Shown piece after piece: positions 32,936-38,036 of a DNA stretch of 38,036 bases. The stretch lies in assembly GCA_045116695.1 (NCBI GenBank), contig JBGUME010000020.1, positions 1-38,036 of the forward strand. The letters run 5' to 3'. Source of the DNA: Anaerovoracaceae bacterium. GTDB taxonomy: Bacteria > Bacillota > Clostridia > Peptostreptococcales > Anaerovoracaceae. The notes beneath the pieces were generated by a model. The model saw only the letters and a program-made list of their open reading frames with translations, was not told where the DNA came from and did not search any database. The position numbers and the translations under genes are program-made. The stretch's first letter is position 1; each line of letters opens with the position of its first letter.

Positions 32936-34225
32936 ATGGAAGAAATATCAATCAGAGAAGTCAACAATTTTGTAACACTCAAGCAGGCACTCGGCCAGGA
33001 GCTGACCAAGACCTCACAGAGCTTCATCAGGATCGGATATCTCTTGAAAAGAGCCAGAGATGAAGAAGAAATCCTTAAGGACTCCGGATATTCAGATGTC
33101 AACGAGTTCGCATCAGCTGAGTTCGGGCTGGATCGGAGTCAGGTATCGAGATTCACAAGGATAAACGACAGATTCTCAATAGGCGGATATTCCGAGCACC
33201 TTAAGAGCGAATATGAGCAGTACGGATCCGCGAAGTTGTCCCTGATGTTGACTCTTCCGGATGAGATCAACGAAGAACTCTCTCCGGAGTACTCAAAATC
33301 CGAGATAAACGCGATAAAGACTGAATACGAGGCCGAACAGAAGATATCCGACATGGAAGTCCTGATGGAAGATACGGAAGGGATCCCGGATGAGTTCATA
33401 GCTGCCATCGTCAAGGAATTGAACGATGAGCATCCTGAACCGGTGACGAACTTCCATGATTCTTATGAAATGGCTCAAAAACTGAATGTGGAGCCTGATT
33501 CGATGGACGTCAAAGAGGCCTTCATGCCGGATGGAGACAGAACCTACTCGATAAGGATCCCGGGACAGGGAAGATTCATGGTCAACATGAAGGAGGCGGG
33601 GATCACGATCGTCAACCTGCGGGCCCTGGATGAGAAGTCGCCTCTTTCGTGGGATGAGTTCTATGAAGCACTCAAGATCGACATGGCCACAAGGACATTC
33701 GCGGTCGAAGAGGAGAAAAAGCCGGAGAAGAAAGAAAAGCCCAAAAAGGTCGAACCATCGAAGCCCAAAGAGAATAAATATGTCAAAGAAGTCCGGGAGT
33801 TCCATGAACGGGAAGATGCTGCACCGGTGCAACAGGAAGAAAAAACCGCAGAAGTCCAGAATGAGGAGCCTGTAGAACAATGTCAGGACAATGTACCACA
33901 GGAAGACATCAGCGAGGGCCTGGATGAGATCCCGGAGGAAGAGACGCCGGCAGCAGGTCCCGAGGAGAAGGGTCCGGTAGATATCACGCATCCTGGATTA
34001 TATTCAAAAGTGGAACCGGAAGAAACCATTAAAGCCGTAAGCCGAGAGGAGCATCATTTGGCAGCAGGCCCCAGTGATCTGACGGCATTTCAGAAGCAGG
34101 TCATTGATAAGCTGGATCTTATGAAGGGCATAATTTTAGGCATGGAGACAACGAGGGAAAACTGGAATAAAATCACGGATATGTTAAGAGAGACGATCAC
34201 ACTTATCAATAAGTCAACGTTTTAG
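32936..34225 (+). CDS. Putative DNA-binding protein with an acidic/Lys-Glu-rich C-terminal half
   Basis: The N-terminus FIRIGYLLKRARDEE...GYSDVNEFASAEFGLDRSQVSRFTRINDRF is an HTH of the ParB/KorB-like or DUF3102-like type. Confidence 0.45.
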   Translation: MEEISIREVNNFVTLKQALGQELTKTSQSFIRIGYLLKRARDEEEILKDSGYSDVNEFASAEFGLDRSQVSRFTRINDRFSIGGYSEHLKSEYEQYGSAKLSLMLTLPDEINEELSPEYSKSEINAIKTEYEAEQKISDMEVLMEDTEGIPDEFIAAIVKELNDEHPEPVTNFHDSYEMAQKLNVEPDSMDVKEAFMPDGDRTYSIRIPGQGRFMVNMKEAGITIVNLRALDEKSPLSWDEFYEALKIDMATRTFAVEEEKKPEKKEKPKKVEPSKPKENKYVKEVREFHEREDAAPVQQEEKTAEVQNEEPVEQCQDNVPQEDISEGLDEIPEEETPAAGPEEKGPVDITHPGLYSKVEPEETIKAVSREEHHLAAGPSDLTAFQKQVIDKLDLMKGIILGMETTRENWNKITDMLRETITLINKSTF

Positions 34226-34235
34226 GAGGTGAATT

Positions 34236-34631
34236 ATGAACAAGAAAATAGCAATCATATCCTTTTTACTCATAGCACTAACAGGTATTACAGCCTGCGA
34301 AACAGAAGCACAAAGGGTATCGTACAACATATCGCAGGAAGCCGATAATTTCAACACCATAAGACAGATCACGGTGATCAACTGCATCCAGGGGGATGTT
34401 CTATTCCAGATGACCGGGAAGATGTCAATTACAGCTGACACAAACGATAATCAACTTGAAGTAATAGTTGAGGATGATAATGGCCATTATAAAAAACACT
34501 TCATAGGTCTCTCAGATAATGTGACATATGTAGTAGAAGACATCACAGATGGGGATGTATCTAAATATCACTATACTCTCAACTTCAACCCTAAAATGTG
34601 GATACCGGTAGATATAAAAACAATAGATTAA
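34236..34631 (+). CDS. Lipoprotein
   Basis: MNKKIAIISFLLIALTGITAC contains a lipobox (L-T-G-I-T-A-C). AGGAGGTG RBS. Confidence 0.65.
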   Translation: MNKKIAIISFLLIALTGITACETEAQRVSYNISQEADNFNTIRQITVINCIQGDVLFQMTGKMSITADTNDNQLEVIVEDDNGHYKKHFIGLSDNVTYVVEDITDGDVSKYHYTLNFNPKMWIPVDIKTID

Positions 34632-34641
34632 GGAGGGCAAC

Positions 34642-34821
34642 ATGCAGAAGGCAGATGGAGAAGATCCGGAGATTAAGATAGGCGACTGGATCCAGTGTAA
34701 GGACCGGGATGACATGATAAACACAATGCATGACTTGATAATGGATGGCATTGATACAGATTTCCGATACATCCGAAACGGAGTAAAGGGCCTATGGTTG
34801 GAGGTGATTTCGATTGGATGA
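34642..34821 (+). CDS. Hypothetical 59-aa protein
   Basis: AAGGAGGG RBS. Too short for the ORF track. Confidence 0.4.
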   Translation: MQKADGEDPEIKIGDWIQCKDRDDMINTMHDLIMDGIDTDFRYIRNGVKGLWLEVISIG

Positions 34822-35017
34822 CGAATATTATGATCAATACCACAACAATCGGAATTTCAAGGACTATGTAGATGCATATTGCAAGAGTCGCGGCTTGGGA
34901 ATAATCGAAGCACTTGGCCACATAACCGTCAAGGAAGTGGCCAAGTACTACAAGACTAAGAACGCAGATGTTATTCCGGCGCCGGGGCAGCAGGCGAGTT
35001 GTGATACGAGGAGGTAA
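34814..35017 (+). CDS. Hypothetical protein
   Basis: TTG start overlapping the previous stop. 67 aa. Confidence 0.35.
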   Translation: MDDEYYDQYHNNRNFKDYVDAYCKSRGLGIIEALGHITVKEVAKYYKTKNADVIPAPGQQASCDTRR

Positions 35018-35019
35018 AC

Positions 35020-35508
35020 ATGTTACATCACTTAAAAATCAAGGAGGAGTTCGCTGATGCGATAGTAAGAGGCGAGAAGACCTTCGAGATCAGGATAAAC
35101 GACAGAGGATTCCAGAAGGGGGATCTGATAGAGTTCATAACAGTCCAGGAGGATCTTCCCTTCCCGGATTGCCATCCTATCCACAACCGGACATACGAGA
35201 TCACTTATGTCATGAATGGATGGGGACTTAAAAACGGATATGTGGTCTTCGGGATCCGGGAGACAAAACAGACAGAATGGATGCCGTGCTCGGAAATGTT
35301 ACCGGCCCGCTCCGGAGAGTATATGGTCACATGGACGGCCGACTGGGATAACAAATGCGGCCGGACGAAGCCCATGTTGGAGATGCTGGAATTTGAATAT
35401 GATCCGATGGATCCTGAATGGGACACTACAGTCATAACAGACAGAGGATACCAAAATATTAAGGTCACAGCCTGGAAGGATCTTCCGGAACCTTATGAGG
35501 AGGACTGA
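35020..35508 (+). CDS. ASCH/DUF3850-like N-terminal domain fused to a DUF551-like C-terminal domain
   Basis: HHLKIKEEFADAIVRGEKTFEIRINDRGFQKGDLIEF (DUF3850-like). WMPCSEMLPARSGEYMVTW (DUF551-like). Confidence 0.5.
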   Translation: MLHHLKIKEEFADAIVRGEKTFEIRINDRGFQKGDLIEFITVQEDLPFPDCHPIHNRTYEITYVMNGWGLKNGYVVFGIRETKQTEWMPCSEMLPARSGEYMVTWTADWDNKCGRTKPMLEMLEFEYDPMDPEWDTTVITDRGYQNIKVTAWKDLPEPYEED

Positions 35509-35509
35509 G

Positions 35510-35878
35510 ATGTCAAGGAAAACAATTCCGAAGAAGATCCGGCAGCAGGTATATGAGAAGTATGATGGCCATTGCGCATATTGTGGAATCAAACTTGAAA
35601 TGAAAGACATGCAGGTTGACCATATAGATCCGGTATATCGAGCATATTACGATCATCGGGAAGTCGATGAGAGCATCGATAATTATAATCCGGCATGTCG
35701 GGCCTGTAACTTCTACAAGGGCGTATGGCCGCTCGAAAAATTCCGGAACAATATACAGCATATGTTGATCGGGAAGCTCCGGAAAGATTTCAACTACAAA
35801 ATGCTGGTTAAGTACGGAATGATTCGAGAAGACTTCAAACCGGTGAGATTCTATTTTGAGGAGATGGATAAATGCTGA
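35510..35878 (+). CDS. HNH endonuclease
   Basis: GHCAYCG...VDHIDPV...NYNPACRACNFYKG. GAGGAGG RBS. Confidence 0.8.
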   Translation: MSRKTIPKKIRQQVYEKYDGHCAYCGIKLEMKDMQVDHIDPVYRAYYDHREVDESIDNYNPACRACNFYKGVWPLEKFRNNIQHMLIGKLRKDFNYKMLVKYGMIREDFKPVRFYFEEMDKC

Positions 35879-36141
35879 AGCCAACAGTCAAGGCAAAAGA
35901 GTTTGAAAAATATGGATTCAAGAGATGCAAGAGACCATACGGTAATTCGGAATGTTATTACCTATGTGTGGCCAAAGGAATCAAGATGATATTTGTGTCA
36001 GATATCATGTATGCAGTCAACGACTGGAAAGAAAATGATCCGAGGATACATAAAAATCCAAACTGCAGATACAGCGATAACAGAGATGCAATGGACATCA
36101 CCTATGATCTGATAGTGGCCGGAATGTTAAAAAGGGAGTGA
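35872..36141 (+). CDS. Hypothetical protein
   Basis: 89 aa, overlapping the HNH stop. Confidence 0.45.
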   Translation: MLKPTVKAKEFEKYGFKRCKRPYGNSECYYLCVAKGIKMIFVSDIMYAVNDWKENDPRIHKNPNCRYSDNRDAMDITYDLIVAGMLKRE

Positions 36142-36144
36142 AGA

Positions 36145-36816
36145 ATGGATAAAAAAGCAATAGACAGAGATTTTGAAGACTTACTAAGAAGATCAAAAGA
36201 GACTGACAAGAAGATAAGAGAGATTAGAGAGGAGTATGAGGCATCCGGGCAGCAGGCCAAGAAGGAGGAAGAGATGAAAGTATACAGAAGAGTGAAGATG
36301 AAGACCAACCATATCGAGGTAGGCGACCAGATCAAAATCAAGCTTAAGGGACGCGGAACCTTCACAGCGACAGCCCAGAAGGTAGATATCACAGGAGGAG
36401 AGTGCTGCATCCTGTTCTTATTCGACAACTGCATTGACAGGCATTGTATGAATGAGACTGATACGAATGAGGGAGGATACGAGGAGTCAGACATGAATAA
36501 GTATCTGAACACGGAGATCCTGGATGCATTCCCGAAGAAGATCCGGAACCTGATGGAGCCGTTTGATGTCAAGCACACATATCTCCGCTTACTAAGCGAG
36601 AGTGAGGTATTCAGCGATGATGCACTGCCGCTCATGCAGGATGTCAAGAACAGAGTATGTTCTGATACGGAAGGATACCGTGCGAGCTGGTGGCTGCGTG
36701 ATGTCGTGTACTCGACGTCCTTCGCGATTGTGAGCAGCAACGGCCTTGCGAGCTACAACGGCGCGTCGAACTCGTATGGTGTCCGCCCGGCTTTCATGCT
36801 GACCTTTGATCTATAA
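36145..36816 (+). CDS. DGR target protein 2 (remote; small, no signal peptide, C-terminal variable region)
   Basis: The C-terminus contains VR2. The domain is related to target 1 (MNETD..GGYEESDM vs MNDSN..GAYVGSVM; ASWWLRDVV...GVRPAF). The N-terminal 45 aa form a charged helix. Confidence 0.85.
   Translation: MDKKAIDRDFEDLLRRSKETDKKIREIREEYEASGQQAKKEEEMKVYRRVKMKTNHIEVGDQIKIKLKGRGTFTATAQKVDITGGECCILFLFDNCIDRHCMNETDTNEGGYEESDMNKYLNTEILDAFPKKIRNLMEPFDVKHTYLRLLSESEVFSDDALPLMQDVKNRVCSDTEGYRASWWLRDVVYSTSFAIVSSNGLASYNGASNSYGVRPAFMLTFDL
36679..36795 (+). repeat. DGR variable repeat VR2
   Basis: Gap-free 117-nt alignment to the TR. All 14 mismatches are at TR adenines, and the substitution set differs from VR1. 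Confidence 0.9.
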
Positions 36817-36818
36817 TC

Positions 36819-36837
36819 TCCGCCCTTAATGGGCGGA
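36819..36837 (+). promoter_or_regulatory. GC hairpin downstream of VR2
   Basis: TCCGCCC-TTAAT-GGGCGGA forms a 7-bp stem. It starts 23 nt after the VR2 end and 2 nt after the stop codon. Confidence 0.6.
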
Positions 36838-36849
36838 CAAGGAGGGAAT

Positions 36850-37038
36850 ATGAAGGATATAGCTTATATCTGCGATAGAAAAAAGAGCTGCAGATTCAGT
36901 ATCGCCTGCGGGAAGCCATGCACTCACACATTCGATCCGGAACATGCAGCCAACGGGCCAACAAAGGATCCGGTGAACGACAACAGATTCAGGGAGCTCA
37001 AAGACAGTTATTGGGAAATAGGGGGAAAGACTAAATGA
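36850..37038 (+). CDS. Cys-rich small protein
   Basis: AAGGAGGGAAT RBS. MKDIAYICDRKKSCRFSIACGKPCTH. Confidence 0.45.
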   Translation: MKDIAYICDRKKSCRFSIACGKPCTHTFDPEHAANGPTKDPVNDNRFRELKDSYWEIGGKTK

Positions 37039-37445
37039 CACAGAACGATCTTGAATTGATTAAGAAAATCAATGAGGAGCTGATCTGCCTCAGAATGGAG
37101 TACAACACACTGGCTGAGAATATTGCGGTATCTCAGGCAGCTCCTGACGGGATGCCATATACAAAGACCAACAAGATAGGCACTCCAACAGAGAATAAGG
37201 GGATCAAGCTGGCCGAGTGCACGGAAAATCTCCGGAAAAAGGAAGCTGCACTTAGGAGAGCGAAAACAAAACTGACCAAGGAAGTGGAAAAAGAAGATGA
37301 TGTTTTGATTCAAAAAATCATCAAATACAGGTGTATTTTAATGCTTTCATGGGAAAAAATTTCACAGGCATTCGATGGCATCTATTCCGCTCAATATCTG
37401 CGATTGAAGTATTTTAGATACAAATCAAAATTACCCAAAAAGTAA
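37035..37445 (+). CDS. Putative late-gene transcriptional regulator (sigma-70 region-4-like, RinA/DUF1492-like)
   Basis: The C-terminus KIIKYRCILMLSWEKISQAFDGIYSAQYLRLKYFRY is HTH-like. The position just upstream of HNH and terminase is typical. Confidence 0.4.
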   Translation: MTQNDLELIKKINEELICLRMEYNTLAENIAVSQAAPDGMPYTKTNKIGTPTENKGIKLAECTENLRKKEAALRRAKTKLTKEVEKEDDVLIQKIIKYRCILMLSWEKISQAFDGIYSAQYLRLKYFRYKSKLPKK

Positions 37446-37542
37446 CAGTATGAAAAAATGAAACACATGAAACACACATATGTGATATTATGGTATTGGG
37501 TAAAAACTGTTTGAGAATTTCCATGTTGTTCTCCAAGCATGA

Positions 37543-37586
37543 AATGCGTTCCGGATCTGCGCGACAATTCGGAGCGCATTTTATTT
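37543..37586 (+). terminator. Candidate intrinsic terminator upstream of the packaging genes
   Basis: AATGCGTTCCG / CGGAGCGCATT forms an 11-bp stem with one G-U pair and a 16-nt loop, followed by TTATTT. Confidence 0.35.
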
Positions 37587-37643
37587 CCCGGAAAAATATT
37601 TCGGCAGATATTTTCCTGGGCTTTATTTTTTGGAAATAGTTTT

Positions 37644-38000
37644 ATGACGAAAAAAGAAAAAGAATATGTCGAGTATTGTCTGGCCACAGATCCTGTATTG
37701 TTTTACCACTGGAATAAGTGGGAGAAAAAACGGCGAGAGATATTGGCACTGGATAAGTTCGAGTGTCAGAACTGCAAGAATAAATACCACAGATACAGGA
37801 AGGCCAACACAGTCCACCATGTCAACCACTTGAAGGACAGGCCGGAGCTGGCACTGAGCACATGGTACACAGAGCCGGCGACACACAAGCGCAAGCGACA
37901 GCTGATCAGCCTGTGTCACGACTGCCATGAAGAGGTACACGGCTACAGGTGCAAGGAAGGTGTGGCCAAGCCAGAGCTCACTGATGAACGGTGGGACTGA
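37644..38000 (+). CDS. HNH endonuclease (terminase-associated)
   Basis: CQNCKN...VHHVNHL...LCHDCHEEVH. It lies directly upstream of terS/terL, as in HK97-like cos phages. ATG 37644 is the preferred start. Confidence 0.8.
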   Translation: MTKKEKEYVEYCLATDPVLFYHWNKWEKKRREILALDKFECQNCKNKYHRYRKANTVHHVNHLKDRPELALSTWYTEPATHKRKRQLISLCHDCHEEVHGYRCKEGVAKPELTDERWD

Positions 38001-38036
38001 TCGAGCCGATCGGGCACACGAGCGCGTGGTACCCCC

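Larger units (their letters stand above)
1..38036. mobile_element. Near-complete temperate siphovirus-type phage genome (HK97-like head, non-contractile tail) carrying a DGR
   Basis: Uninterrupted phage modules from terS/terL to HNH. Integrase and attP are internal and no host genes flank them. The left edge truncates terS. Confidence 0.85.

Noticed and set aside
33293-33991. 232-aa minus-strand ORF
   Set aside because: It is a shadow of the Glu/Lys-rich plus-strand gene 32936-34225. It has a Leu/Phe/Arg-rich composition and no start context.
36102-36740. 212-aa minus-strand ORF opposite DGR target 2
   Set aside because: It is an antisense shadow ORF with Ser/Leu-rich low-complexity sequence. 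The plus-strand gene has an RBS and carries the in-frame VR.
37966-38036. Joining the window ends to complete terS, i.e. a circular contig
   Set aside because: Joining the ends leaves the terS frame open, but the only candidate start (GTG 38026) would give an ~82-aa protein lacking the usual N-terminal DNA-binding part. More likely a short piece of the genome lies outside the window.

Overview
This window is an almost complete temperate siphovirus-type phage genome, apparently from a Firmicutes host (Shine-Dalgarno usage, XkdX, amidase_3/SH3 endolysin, G39P-like loader). It is laid out in packaging order. The modules run: terS fragment, terL, HK97-type portal, ClpP protease, major capsid, connectors, major tail protein with an Ig domain, a G/GT tail chaperone with a -1 frameshift, tape measure, tail tip and fibres, DGR, lysis cassette, attP and tyrosine integrase, exonuclease, cI/cro switch, antirepressor, replisome organizer with an internal ori, accessory genes, and HNH next to terminase. 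Integrase and attP are internal and there is no host flank, so this is a phage or episomal form rather than an integrated prophage. The left edge cuts terS. The main result is a complete diversity-generating retroelement (DGR). A 117-nt template repeat (18364-18480) sits between an Avd-like gene and a DGR-type reverse transcriptase. It matches two variable repeats, and every mismatch falls at a TR adenine. VR1 (17574-17690) is at the 3' end of the last tail-fibre gene, which is the canonical tropism-switching arrangement. VR2 (36679-36795) lies 18.3 kb away at the 3' end of a small gene with no signal peptide, in the non-structural region just upstream of the late regulator, HNH and terminase. 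Both VRs, but not the TR, are followed by the same CCGCCC-N5-GGGCGG hairpin. Other points of interest are an attP that mimics a tRNA 3' end and is flanked by four GTGTCCAGT arm-type repeats, 11-bp-phased iterons inside the replisome organizer gene, a secreted HExxH (ATLF/M34-like) metalloprotease in the lysis module, an RNase H-like protein with a substituted catalytic Asp, a PcfK/PcfJ-like pair, and several unlisted micro-ORFs. All family assignments come from motif recognition by eye; no searches were run.
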